64,000 nt of DNA from an uncultured Alphaproteobacteria bacterium (GTDB lineage Bacteria > Pseudomonadota > Alphaproteobacteria > RF32 > CAG-239). The notes beneath the pieces were generated by a model that saw only the letters and a program-made list of their open reading frames with translations, did no database searches and was not told the DNA's origin. Positions 9,294 to 19,600 of the stretch are shown one piece after another. The stretch spans positions 45,819-109,818 of the forward strand of contig CALXWE010000004.1 in the NCBI GenBank assembly GCA_944392295.1, written 5' to 3'. The position numbers and the translations under genes were made by a program. How positions within the stretch are numbered: the first letter of the stretch is position 1; every line of letters starts with the position of its first letter.

Positions 9294-9983
9294 ATGAAAA
9301 AGTTTTATTGTATATTAATTTTTGCATTTTGTGGGGTGTTTTGCAACGCAGCTCTCGCGGCGCCGACACCGGATGAAGTGTGCGCTAAAATTGTTCGTAA
9401 ACCAAAAGTCGAACTATCTGTTTCTTACGGCAAGCTGAAATATGATTTTTCTAAAAGCGGACGCAGTCTTACCAGAATGCATATTAAACATTACGGGGGA
9501 GGCGTTCCGGCCGGAAAATATGTTAACGGCTTGGCTACTAACGATTTAACTACCGAATTGACGTTTAAATTAACCAAAAACACCCTTAATAACGGTATGA
9601 CTTGCGTGTATCCTTCCGTGGTGGAACTGAAAGTTAAAATCGATAACCCGACTATTTATCTTGCTAAAGAAATGGAAAAAAATTCTTGCATGTACAATAT
9701 TGCCATGCGTCATGAACAAACTCATCAGCAAATAAATGTTGAAGCGTTTGATTATTATTTGCCGATGATTAAAAGTGCTTTGTTAAGAGCTGTGCAAAAT
9801 TTTCCGCTCATGAGCGGAAAAGCAGATGTAAGTTTGGTGCTTGCCAAGAAGCGTTTTACCGACGAATATATGAACGAGGTTAACCCCGTACTTAATGAGT
9901 TACAAAACGAAATAAAAACCGAACAAGCCAAACTTGACAGCCAATCGCATTACGACTATGAAGCCGCACTTTGCGGGAACTAA
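9294..9983 (+). CDS. Secreted putative Zn-metallopeptidase (HExxH; DUF922-like by recall)
   Basis: Signal peptide ending ALAAP. HEQTH motif in NIAMRHEQTHQQ. Conserved Cys before the motif, as I recall for DUF922. No search done. Confidence 0.45.
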   Translation: MKKFYCILIFAFCGVFCNAALAAPTPDEVCAKIVRKPKVELSVSYGKLKYDFSKSGRSLTRMHIKHYGGGVPAGKYVNGLATNDLTTELTFKLTKNTLNNGMTCVYPSVVELKVKIDNPTIYLAKEMEKNSCMYNIAMRHEQTHQQINVEAFDYYLPMIKSALLRAVQNFPLMSGKADVSLVLAKKRFTDEYMNEVNPVLNELQNEIKTEQAKLDSQSHYDYEAALCGN

Positions 9984-9995
9984 ACTTTTGCGTTT

Positions 9996-10673
9996 TTACT
10001 CTTTATTTTTTTTGCAATCAGTTAAAAATTCAACGCAAGCATCAATGCCTTTGTAGGCAGCATCAATATATTCTTTGTCTTTAGATGAGTTATTTTGATA
10101 GTAAATTCTGATAGTGGCCATGCCGGTTTCTTTGGCAAACTCTAGGTTTGAATAACTGTCATCTACAAAAATGCAATCGTGCGGATTATAGCCGATTTTA
10201 TCACAATATTGACGGTAAACATCGGCACTCTCATTCTTTTTATAAACTCCGAAATCTTCAACCGAATAAAAGCGGTCTTTGAACATATCGTATAAACCTA
10301 TCCGTTTTAATATTTTCTCGGAAGCGTAACGATTACTTGCCGTAAATACGTATTGCTCAAACGGAATTTTTGCCAATTTTTCAGCTAAACCTTCATATGG
10401 CTCAATCAAATGAACGGGCTTGCGATTAAAGTAATATTCAAATAAATCTTTGGGAGATATGCCGTAGTCGCGATAAAAAACTTCACCTCCGTCGCGGTAT
10501 ACTTTGTATGATTCTTTTACCAAAGCCTTACATTCGGGCACGCTCATCTTTACGCCTAAATCTTTTACCAATGCTTCAGCCATGGCTTCATCCAATTTAT
10601 CGCCAAACTCGGGGGTTACTCTGTACAGTGTGTTGTCTAAATCCCAAATAACAACTTTTTTATCGCAAAACAC
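9996..10673 (-). CDS. HAD-superfamily hydrolase (pyrimidine 5'-nucleotidase-like)
   Basis: Motif I VVIWDLDNTLY (DxDxT) and motif IV FVDDSYSNLEFAKETGM. Confidence 0.6.
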   Translation of the reverse strand: MFCDKKVVIWDLDNTLYRVTPEFGDKLDEAMAEALVKDLGVKMSVPECKALVKESYKVYRDGGEVFYRDYGISPKDLFEYYFNRKPVHLIEPYEGLAEKLAKIPFEQYVFTASNRYASEKILKRIGLYDMFKDRFYSVEDFGVYKKNESADVYRQYCDKIGYNPHDCIFVDDSYSNLEFAKETGMATIRIYYQNNSSKDKEYIDAAYKGIDACVEFLTDCKKNKE

Positions 10674-10855
10674 GTTCTTTATTCTCCATTACTCAAATCA
10701 ACTCAAACACCTTAGATTAACATTTTAGATTTCGCCGTCAAGATTTATTTGTGATGTGAATTGATATATTTGTGTAGAATTTTGTAAAAAAATATTTGCT
10801 ATTATCAAAAATAGTTCTAAACTTTACGATGTTTTAATTAGATGAGGACTTGAAA

Positions 10856-11878
10856 ATGTTTCAAATGTATAAGGCTGGATTGTTATCGGTAGGTACCGTG
10901 TTGCTGTGGGCGTTAATGAACGTTAGTTTGCGCTACTGTATTTTGGAACACGGTTGCGATCAGTTTGCTATTGCTTGTTCAAATGCCGTTTTTTGCGGAT
11001 TGGCTCTGATTGCTATCGGTAATTATAAAATTAATGTTTGGAAAATTTTGAAAAATTATCAAACTTGGCTGTTTGGTCTTATACAGGTCTTGCGAAATGT
11101 TTGTATGATTTCGGCCTTTGTTTATATATCTTCAACTCAGGCCAACCTACTTACTAATATCGAAATCGTTTTTTCGGTTTTATTTGCCTGGTTTTGGTTA
11201 AAACGCCGCCCTTCAGGCGTTGATTTCTTTTCAATGTTCTTTATCATTTTGGGCTGTTTTATATTGGTGGCAGGTATTCCCTATGATGTAATGGGTATCG
11301 CAACCATGTGGGTGTTGGCAGCTTCGGTATTGTCTGCTTTGCATGCCTTGTTGGCCGAAATTCATCCTGATAATCGCGGCGATTTAACAATGAAAGATCG
11401 TTTCAGCGTTACGGGGTGGATTATGTTTGTCAGTGGCTTGGCCTTTATTTTGTTCTTTGCGGCACTCTCGATAATTGCTAACTTCTTGCCGGACGATTTA
11501 ATTTCTCAAACCTTTATCTTGAAACATTTGCCCGAGCCTTCAACCTATTTTGCTTGGAATAACCTTATCGGCGGCTTTGTTACCGGCGTGTTCTTTTATG
11601 CTATATCTATGTATTTTTATCTTTATGCCGTTAGTATATCAACCAGCGAATATTTTATGATGTACCGCTCAACTCAGGCTGTGTTTACTTATATTGTTGA
11701 AATAGGCTTTAGCGCATTTACCGCTTTGCCCTTCTTAGAACTTAACTTAAATGATTGGTTTGCCGCCGTTACTATTATTTTGAGCTCGCTGTGTATGATT
11801 TTAATGCGTACTCCGCGTGGCGAAAAATTAAGACGCGTGGTCGCCGGAATGTTTAAAACCATGTATCGTGACTCATAA
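10856..11878 (+). CDS. Multi-pass inner-membrane protein (DMT/EamA-like transporter candidate)
   Basis: About 10 hydrophobic segments. I prefer the ATG at 10856 (SD GAGGA at 10844-10848) over the TTG at 10850. A hairpin follows at about 11907-11941. Confidence 0.4.
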   Translation: MFQMYKAGLLSVGTVLLWALMNVSLRYCILEHGCDQFAIACSNAVFCGLALIAIGNYKINVWKILKNYQTWLFGLIQVLRNVCMISAFVYISSTQANLLTNIEIVFSVLFAWFWLKRRPSGVDFFSMFFIILGCFILVAGIPYDVMGIATMWVLAASVLSALHALLAEIHPDNRGDLTMKDRFSVTGWIMFVSGLAFILFFAALSIIANFLPDDLISQTFILKHLPEPSTYFAWNNLIGGFVTGVFFYAISMYFYLYAVSISTSEYFMMYRSTQAVFTYIVEIGFSAFTALPFLELNLNDWFAAVTIILSSLCMILMRTPRGEKLRRVVAGMFKTMYRDS

Positions 11879-12079
11879 CTTAAACGGCTACGGCATTTTA
11901 TAATATAGGGCAGGCATCTGATTGAGAGCCTGCCTATTTTATGTTAATTTACTGACCGTTAATGCAAAGCTTAAACCTTAGGTCTGTGGTAAAGTTGATA
12001 AATCTTTTCAGAGCTTATCTTGAATTACGAATTTAAATGTTTATCTCCATATGCGGAAATCAATTTTAGGAGATTTACT

Positions 12080-12313
12080 ATGAAACATTTATCATTAATG
12101 AGTTTGATTTTGGCTTTGGTTGCTTTTGCTGCAGCTCCCTCGTATGCTCAGAGTATGTCGGATGATACTCAAGATACCGCAGATGTGGTAATTGAAGAAG
12201 ATGTTGTAACCGTAACTCCAGCAGATACTTCGGATTGTTCATCATCTCAATCTGCTGCAGATGACGGTGATGAAGAGGTTGTGGTTGAAGAAGATGAGGT
12301 TATGGCTGACTAA
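12080..12313 (+). CDS. Small secreted, highly acidic protein (77 aa)
   Basis: MKHLSLMSLILALVAFAAAPSYAQ signal, then a D/E-rich tail. SD TAGGAGA at 12067-12073. Strong terminator CCCCTAA...TTAGGGG plus T-run at about 12333-12368. Confidence 0.5.
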   Translation: MKHLSLMSLILALVAFAAAPSYAQSMSDDTQDTADVVIEEDVVTVTPADTSDCSSSQSAADDGDEEVVVEEDEVMAD

Positions 12314-12363
12314 TATCTAATCAATATATATCCCCTAATCTTAGTTAAGGTTAGGGGATTTTT

Positions 12364-13651
12364 TTATTTTGAAGTTTCTTCAAGAGCCTCGCGCGTGGCT
12401 TCTAAATAAGCATAACCATATTTTTGATCAGGCTCTAAATGCGCGCCTTCCGCCCATTCGTTCCAGGCATTGATAAACACAAATTGTTCGTTGTCTTTAT
12501 GGTTTTTGTGGGTCCAGCTGATAATGTCTTTCAGCCAAGTTTTGTAGTCTTGCGGTGTGTTTTCACAAATTTGGGCACCGTTATAACATTTGCGGGGAGT
12601 GTTGTCCCATGACGGAAAACAGCCCTTAAAAAATCTTAACCGAAGAGTCGTATAGGTAGCCTTTTTCTTTTACAAATTTTGCCATGTCATAGCATATGCC
12701 CTTAAATTTAGAATTAACGATTTTTTCCGATTTTTGATCAAGCATTTTGCTTAATCCGGCCGGAAAAAATTCTACCAGGGCATCAAAGCCATATTTGTTG
12801 ACGGTCTCGGCATATTCGCTTCGGGCTCCTTTGGCGGTGGTTATTAAATATATTCCTTCAAATCCCTCATTTCTGGCAATGCTTTGTATTTTATTTATGA
12901 AAGCCTTTAGGGTATCAAGAGGGTATTTTTGCGGCTGATACAAAATCAATAAGGGACGGTTATCAATTTTAATATAACGCGAATCTTTCATAAAGGGTAA
13001 AATATCTTGCATAAATTTTTCGGCATCACCATCAACAATTTCTTGCTTATAGAGTATTTCTTTTTCTTTACCGTTATCCCACAGCATTGACCAATCTTCG
13101 TTGGCCCAAAATAAGAAAAACGGCATATCCAAAGAGGTGTCGGCTAAAAATTTTTGAATGGGCTTTTCCATAATCTTGGTGCCGGAAAACCAGTAATAAT
13201 AAAAGCAAAAACCATATATACCGTATTGCTTGGCAAGCTCAATTTGGCGTTTCATAACATTAATGTTATCTAAATTATAATAGCCGACATCAATCGGAAT
13301 ATGAGGCTGCCAATGACCGACGTACTGCGGCACGGCTTTGGAGGTGTTTGACCATTCGCTAAAACCGCGGCCGAACCATTTAATGTTTTCTGCAAAATCA
13401 TGGTATTGCGGCAGGTAAAAGGCAATGGGTTTTACTTTATTTGAACCGTTATATAAATTGTTGCGGTCGCAGCCGATAAATAACGATTTATCAAGCTGAT
13501 GATTGAGCACATATTCTATATAAGCGTCTTTATCATTATCGTTTATGACTGCCGCTTGTATTTTTTCTTTATGACGGATTTTAATTTTTATGCCTAAAAA
13601 TTTAATAACGGTCAGCTTTTTTTCTTTATTGATACCAAACAGAGAAGACAT
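12364..13651 (-). pseudogene. WbsX-family (GH99-like / Glyco_tran_WbsX) gene interrupted by a frameshift in a homopolymer
   Basis: The track ORF 12626-13651 ends ...SSVKIF*. The next frame continues without a stop as (F)KGCFPSWDNTPRKCYNGAQICENTPQDYKTWLKDIISWTHKNHKDNEQFVFINAWNEWAEGAHLEPDQKYGYAYLEATREALEETSK*, with its stop at 12364-12366. That is the conserved C-terminal part of the family. The frames join if the run of six A (plus strand 12628-12633) is one base shorter. Confidence 0.7.
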
Positions 13652-13653
13652 TT

Positions 13654-14316
13654 TTATGCCTCCAGATATTTATCAATGATTTTTACGGCAAAGTCTATTT
13701 CTTCCTGAATGGTCATTTTTGAAGTATCAAGCAAAACGGCATCGGGTGCCGGTTTGAGCGGCGCAGTGCTGCGTTCGCTGTCGCGTTTATCGCGGGCGGT
13801 TAAATCTGCCAGAACCTGTTCAAAAGTGGTATCTATACCTTTGGCAGTAAATTCGGCAAAACGGCGTTTGGCTCTCACTTCAGGAGATGCTACCACAAAA
13901 AATTTAATATCGGCGTGCGGGCAGACTACTGTTCCCGTATCGCGACCGTCGTAGACAACGCCGTTGGCGGGAGTGCCGTCGGCAAATACCGGATTTAACG
14001 AAAAATCTTGTTGCATTTTAAGCAAGGCTCGTCTTACCTTGGGTAGTGCCGAAACTTTTGAAGCTGCCGTACCGCCTACCTGTGAACGGAAATCCGGGTG
14101 TTGGGATAATTGCATCATTTTGCTAAAAGTTAATTCTTTGGCAGCTTTTTCTGCCAAATTTTCATCTTCTGGATTTTGTCCGCTTAAAACCATCTCAAGA
14201 CCTACTGCGCGGTATAACATACCGGTGTCAAAATATGCCAAATGGTAGCGTTCGGCTAATGCCGATGATAAAGTGCCTTTGCCGGCGGCAGCCGGTCCGT
14301 CAATCGTAATTATCAT
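13654..14316 (-). CDS. cmk: Cytidylate kinase
   Basis: MIITIDGPAAAGKGTLSSALAERYHLAYFDTGMLYRAV is a canonical Cmk N-terminus. 220 aa. Confidence 0.92.
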   Translation of the reverse strand: MIITIDGPAAAGKGTLSSALAERYHLAYFDTGMLYRAVGLEMVLSGQNPEDENLAEKAAKELTFSKMMQLSQHPDFRSQVGGTAASKVSALPKVRRALLKMQQDFSLNPVFADGTPANGVVYDGRDTGTVVCPHADIKFFVVASPEVRAKRRFAEFTAKGIDTTFEQVLADLTARDKRDSERSTAPLKPAPDAVLLDTSKMTIQEEIDFAVKIIDKYLEA

Positions 14317-14406
14317 GATTTTTTCCGTTCCTGTTATAATGTTATTATTTCCTTAACATAATTTTTATACAATGTATAATCAAACTAACATTTTATACAA
14401 AGATAT

Positions 14407-15150
14407 TTGAGAGTAAACGTGAGTAAAAAAAATAGAATAAGACTTTATACCGATGTTAACTTAGAGCAGGGCGGCATTGTGGAGTGTAATGAAAATCAGA
14501 CTCATTACCTTAGTAACGTGTTGCGCTTGCAGGAAGGTGATGAAGTGTATTTGTTTAACGGTAAAGACGGTGAATTTAAAACTCATATTAACAAACTTTC
14601 AAAAAAGAGCATTGAGCTTGCGGTTGATGAGTGCTTTTTACCCTTTACGTCCAGCCCCGATTTATGGCTTTTGTTTGCTCCACTTAAAAAAGATAATACC
14701 GATTTGGTAACGGTAAAGGCTACCGAACTCGGGGTTTCCAGATTATGCCCGATTATCAGTGAATTTACCAATACGGTAAACGTACGCAGGCAAAGGCTTA
14801 ATTTGTTGGCGGTGGAAGCTGCCGAACAATCAAGAAGGCAAGATGTTCCGCAAATTGATGAGCCGATGGATTTATGTAAACGACTTGCCGAATGGCCGCA
14901 AAATCGAACGTTGTTTTATTTAGATGAAACAGGCGGCGGTAAAACTATTATACAGGCTTTGCAAAATATATCCGGACCGGCAGCTTTTTTGGTTGGACCG
15001 GAAGGTGGATTTTCGCAAAAAGAACTGGAATTTTTAAGAAATTGCTCTTATACTTGTCCCATAACGCTCGGGAAAAGAATTTTACGGGCCGAAACCGCAG
15101 CTGTGGCAGCTTTATCTTGTTGGCAGGCTTTGTGTGGTGATTGGCGTTAA
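14407..15150 (+). CDS. rsmE: 16S rRNA (uracil1498-N3)-methyltransferase
   Basis: RsmE motifs GPEGGFSQKELEF and LGKRILRAETAAVAAL. Start uncertain (TTG at 14407 or GTG at 14419). Confidence 0.85.
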   Translation: MRVNVSKKNRIRLYTDVNLEQGGIVECNENQTHYLSNVLRLQEGDEVYLFNGKDGEFKTHINKLSKKSIELAVDECFLPFTSSPDLWLLFAPLKKDNTDLVTVKATELGVSRLCPIISEFTNTVNVRRQRLNLLAVEAAEQSRRQDVPQIDEPMDLCKRLAEWPQNRTLFYLDETGGGKTIIQALQNISGPAAFLVGPEGGFSQKELEFLRNCSYTCPITLGKRILRAETAAVAALSCWQALCGDWR

Positions 15151-15163
15151 TTTTTATTCGATT

Positions 15164-15877
15164 ATGAGGAGAACGGATTTGAAAATACTTATTGCTGATG
15201 ATCACGAGTTGTTCTTAAGAGGATTGGAATTTATTTTGAAATCTGATTATCCTAATGCTCAGGTGTGTTTGAGCAAAAATTATACGGAAGTTTTTGAACA
15301 GCTTGAAAAAAATACCGATTTCGATTTGATTGTTACCGATTTAGCTATGCCCGGAGCTAACTGGCTTGAGGCTTTGAAAAAAATTCATGATATGGCCAAA
15401 GATACGCCCATCGTTATTATTTCAGCCGTTTTTGATAAGGAAATTGTACAGAAAACTCTTGAGGTTGGAGTTTCGGGGTACATACCGAAGTCTTCTTCCA
15501 ATGCTGTTATGTTAAGTGCTATTAATTTGGTTTTGGCAGGGGGAGTTTATATTCCTCACGAGCTGTTAAATAATGAAATAGATAATAAGGAAATTACCCA
15601 AGAATTTCAAAAGTTGAAAACCTTTAATGATAGTGAAAAAAATAATGAAACGGCTGCCAATAAAAAGAAACTTACTCCAAGGCAAATAGAGGTGGTTCGT
15701 GCCATAGCCAGAGGATTGTCTAATAAAATGATTGCTTATGAACTGGGTTTGACCGAAGGTACGGTTAAAGTTCATGTTACGGTCATTCTTAAAGTATTAG
15801 GCGTTACTAACCGAGTAGCTGCCGTTATGGAAGCCGTAAAGCAAGGTTATGTTTCAAAAAATGAAGTTAATTTGTAA
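15164..15877 (+). CDS. Response regulator, REC + LuxR/FixJ-type HTH
   Basis: KILIADDHELFLRGL...DLIVTDLAMPG (receiver domain). LTPRQIEVVRAIARGLSNKMIAYELGLTEGTVKVHV (LuxR HTH). The start is either the ATG at 15164 or the in-frame TTG at 15179 after AGGAGA. No kinase gene is adjacent. Confidence 0.85.
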   Translation: MRRTDLKILIADDHELFLRGLEFILKSDYPNAQVCLSKNYTEVFEQLEKNTDFDLIVTDLAMPGANWLEALKKIHDMAKDTPIVIISAVFDKEIVQKTLEVGVSGYIPKSSSNAVMLSAINLVLAGGVYIPHELLNNEIDNKEITQEFQKLKTFNDSEKNNETAANKKKLTPRQIEVVRAIARGLSNKMIAYELGLTEGTVKVHVTVILKVLGVTNRVAAVMEAVKQGYVSKNEVNL

Positions 15878-15903
15878 ATACCGTTAGATTATGAGGAAAA
15901 GGT

Positions 15904-16641
15904 ATGCCTGCTACAAAGTATAATATTGTTAAAAGCTCTAAGGCCGTTAAAACTCCGGCTTATGTTAAAGAGATATATGGTAAAATCTATGAAAATGAAA
16001 AATTGTGCCGCTTTTTAGATGATGATCGCATAGTTTCCGTTATGACATGGGGATTGCAAAATCGTTTGGTAGATGATGTGGTTAAAGAGATAAGTACTAA
16101 CAGTAAGGTGCTGCAAATAGGTTGCACTTTCGGTAAGCAAATCGGTGCGGTGGCCGAAAAAATCGGTGCTTACGGAAAGTATGTTATTGAAGATGTTTGT
16201 CCGCAACAAATAAATCGCTGCCGTAGTAAGGAAATTTATCAAAAAATAAGTTTCCAATCGCATGATGCGAGCCGGCCTCGCAGCGAAAAGTATGATACCG
16301 TTATTTGCTATATGTTATTGCATGAACTACCCCCTGTTACCAAAGCTAAAGTGATAAACAATGCCTTGGACAGTGTTGATGAAGGTGGAAAGGTTATATT
16401 TGTGGATTATCACAAACCAAGCAAATGGAATTTGTTGCGCTATATAATACAGCCTTTTAACCGTTTGTATCAACCGTTTGCCGAAAGTATGTGGAAATAC
16501 GGCATTGAAGACTATGCCAAAGATAAAGAGTGCTTTGTGTGGCGCAAAAAAACTTACGGTGGCAGAATGTATCAAAAATTGGTAGCAGTGCGGCAAATTC
16601 CGGCGTATGAAAAGCCTGTGGTAAAGCCCAGTTTTTATTAA
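15904..16641 (+). CDS. Class I SAM-dependent methyltransferase fold, RquA-like (rhodoquinone biosynthesis candidate)
   Basis: Atypical motif I VLQIGCTFGKQ. LLHELPP, VIFVDYHKPSKWNLL and LYQPFAESMW resemble my recollection of R. rubrum RquA (LLHE.P, VDYH.P..W, LEPFA..LW). Needs an HMM and phylogeny check. Confidence 0.5.
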   Translation: MPATKYNIVKSSKAVKTPAYVKEIYGKIYENEKLCRFLDDDRIVSVMTWGLQNRLVDDVVKEISTNSKVLQIGCTFGKQIGAVAEKIGAYGKYVIEDVCPQQINRCRSKEIYQKISFQSHDASRPRSEKYDTVICYMLLHELPPVTKAKVINNALDSVDEGGKVIFVDYHKPSKWNLLRYIIQPFNRLYQPFAESMWKYGIEDYAKDKECFVWRKKTYGGRMYQKLVAVRQIPAYEKPVVKPSFY

Positions 16642-16656
16642 CTCAAAATACAAAAT

Positions 16657-16689
16657 AAAAGCGGTACTTTTACAAAAGCACCGCTTTTA
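16657..16689. terminator. Bidirectional terminator between the RquA-like gene and the 1992-aa gene
   Basis: AAAAGCGGTACTTTT-ACA-AAAAGCACCGCTTTT, a 15-bp stem with one mismatch. Confidence 0.8.
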
Positions 16690-16691
16690 TT

Positions 16692-19600
16692 TTATTGGGT
16701 TATAGAATTGTTATTTTCAAGTTTCTTTTGGCGATACATACGTATCAACTTGGTTATGTAATTTTGTATCATTGAAACCATATATTTTTGATTATAGCTG
16801 TTGTGAATTTCATCATAATTATCTGTAGATGAAATGTTTTGCGTTTCTTTACCCTTTACAAAAAGTTTGATAAGAGCTTTTTTAAGTGCGGTCGGATTGG
16901 TGTTTTCTTGGGCTAAAAATACTTCTAAACCTTTTCCGGCAACACTGCGTGTTAGGGAATTGGGGTTACGGGACTTAAAGGTATCCGACATACCGCGAAT
17001 AACTTCCTTATCATTTTTACCGGAAAGCAATATCGCTCTTACAGCATTATATCCGGCTAAATCTTCGTTAGTCTTTGAGTTGTTAATGCTTTGTGCTATC
17101 TTAATAATGGCGGCAATTTTGGCGGCGTATTGCGATTTATAATTACCGCTTTTATATAACATCATATAGGTTGTTATCATATCGGGAGTTTCGCCTTCGC
17201 CCTTTTCGGCTACCGTAAAGTTAAAGGTATCGTATAAAAGACGTCCGAATTCATATCGGTCCTCAGGTGAAAATGGATGATTGTTTTCTTGTCTGTTAAT
17301 GGTATAGATAACCTCTTTCATGATGCCTTTTAAAATGGCCGTATCAACATTTTGACGTTTGATTAATTCTCCGATTGTCGGCATAAATTCCTTTGGTATA
17401 TCCGGACTTAAGGAATTTTTATCAAGTTCCTGAATGCGATCGGCCATTATTTTGAGTAATGGTATTTTAACTTCCGATGCTTGTTGAACTTTAATTATTT
17501 CTTTCTTGATTACGCTGCCTATTTTGGCGGGTAAATACTTAAAGGAATCGGCGTACATATTAAACAACATACTGCCTAAAAATTCTCTGTCCGAATACGA
17601 TAATAAATTTTGTTCTGAATAAAATAAACCGAGTTGTTTTATTCCTTCATCAACAAAACCGGTTATGATGCTTTCATCAATTGAGGTATTGCCGTCAGCT
17701 AAGGCGTTGTTTATACAATCTACCAAATCAATGATTTGAAAATCTTTATAAAAATCAATAACAGAGAGCAGTGTCTTTAGGCAATCTGATAAGTAGGATG
17801 AAGTCGTTTGTTTTAGCCGATAAGCATCTTCAATTTTGTTTCCGAGAGTAACGCTGAACTGACGGAATAAATTTCCTTCAAAATTACTGCTTACCATTTT
17901 CTCAAAAGTTTGGTATAAAAATTTTCCAAGCAATTTTTTATCTTGTGCCGAGGCATATACGGTGGCTCGTGCTCCACTATCAAAAATACAAATGGTATTA
18001 GTTTCCGGATTGAGGCGTATCTGTCGGCCAAATTCAGTATTGCTGACATTTCCCCCGCTTATTAATTTGCTTAATTTAAGACTGTTATAAATTTTATTTA
18101 CTACCTGTCTGTAACGTAAATTTTTAATTGTATCTAATGTGTTGCCGTAACTTCTTTCCATTTCTGCCCAAGTTTTACCGTAAGCTGTCCAATTGGCTAC
18201 TCTTAGCTTAATCTTATAACCATCAATTTCAAATTCACGGTGATTGTAGGTCTTTTGGGCCGCTTTTAGCTGCTCGTAGCCTACACTTAAATCGGTCTCA
18301 ATTATAACATCATGTCGGGTTTGAGTAATTATTTGTAGAAGACTATTGATGTTTTCGGATAACAGATTGTCGTGGAATAAGTCGTACAAAGTGTCTTCAA
18401 ATGCCTTAAATTCTTTTTCGGCAGAAGTTTTTGTAGCAGCATAAACGATTTTTACAACTTTGTCGCTTTCAAATGGTGATTTGTTTTTTTCAAGTGCACC
18501 TTTTTCTAAAGTTATAAAATACGGATTGGAGCTTAGGCTGCGTCCGAGCCAGATGTTTGAACTGTAATCAAGTTTGTTATCGTCATCTTGTGTATTATAA
18601 AAGTCAAGCCATTCAAACAATTCCCAACGAGCTGGGTGCTGCTCCTTAAACTTTATTTTTTGTAACTCTTTACGTATATATTTAGGCAGAGCTAAACAAA
18701 CTGTTGCCGATTGTGCTATACGTGTAGCAACCGGACCGGCATTTTCTAAAAAGATGCGGGTGCACTCTGCTAAATTTTTATTAGCATCGATGGTTGCCGG
18801 TGTCTCAAGGGCAGCGCTCATGGCTGCAGCCAGATATAATGTGCGCTCTGAATTTTTATGAGCTTTGATGTAGCTGTGTAAAATCTTACATACAATTTGT
18901 TTCTTAACATCATCAACAGCGGGTAACAAATGTTTACATATGCAGTTGAAAATGTGCTCCCAATCATTGGCCGAAATCCCTAAATTAGAAGCTTGGATAA
19001 CTTCACCTAAAATGACGGCACGGGCCTCTATTGGATATCCCCAAAATTCATGGTAAAGCATATCAAGAGTTTGCGGAGATATTCTTTCTTTACGAGAGCG
19101 TTGACTTTCTTGCAGTGCAGAATTTAAATGCTGGCTGTAGGCTTCACAATCCTTGTTACTACCGAATGTTAAAAGAAAGTCTATCAGATTATCGGCTTCC
19201 GTGCGGGATAAGGATATTAATGATTTAATTGTAGCAAATCCGGCAATTTGCAGCCTACATCCGTCATCTTCTTCGCTTATTTCCATAAAACTTGCAGGGT
19301 AGGGTTTTAACAGAAAAGCAAGTTTTTTTTGTGCTACAAATCTTTCTGCCAACAAGTGTGATAATTCAAGTCGGTCAGCCTGATTAACATTTTCATCAAT
19401 GTCTATGCCGAACATATTTTGTTCATAACTGTAGCCGTGCAGTTTTTGAGCATATACTTTTACTTTGTTGTAAAGGGATTCTGATTTGTCATCAATTTGT
19501 GAACCGCAGGAGCTAAATACCGATTGTACCCATAGCTGTTGATAACGCCTTCTTAAATCGGGGTCTAAAATACGGTGCTGCTTATTGATGAAAATATCGT

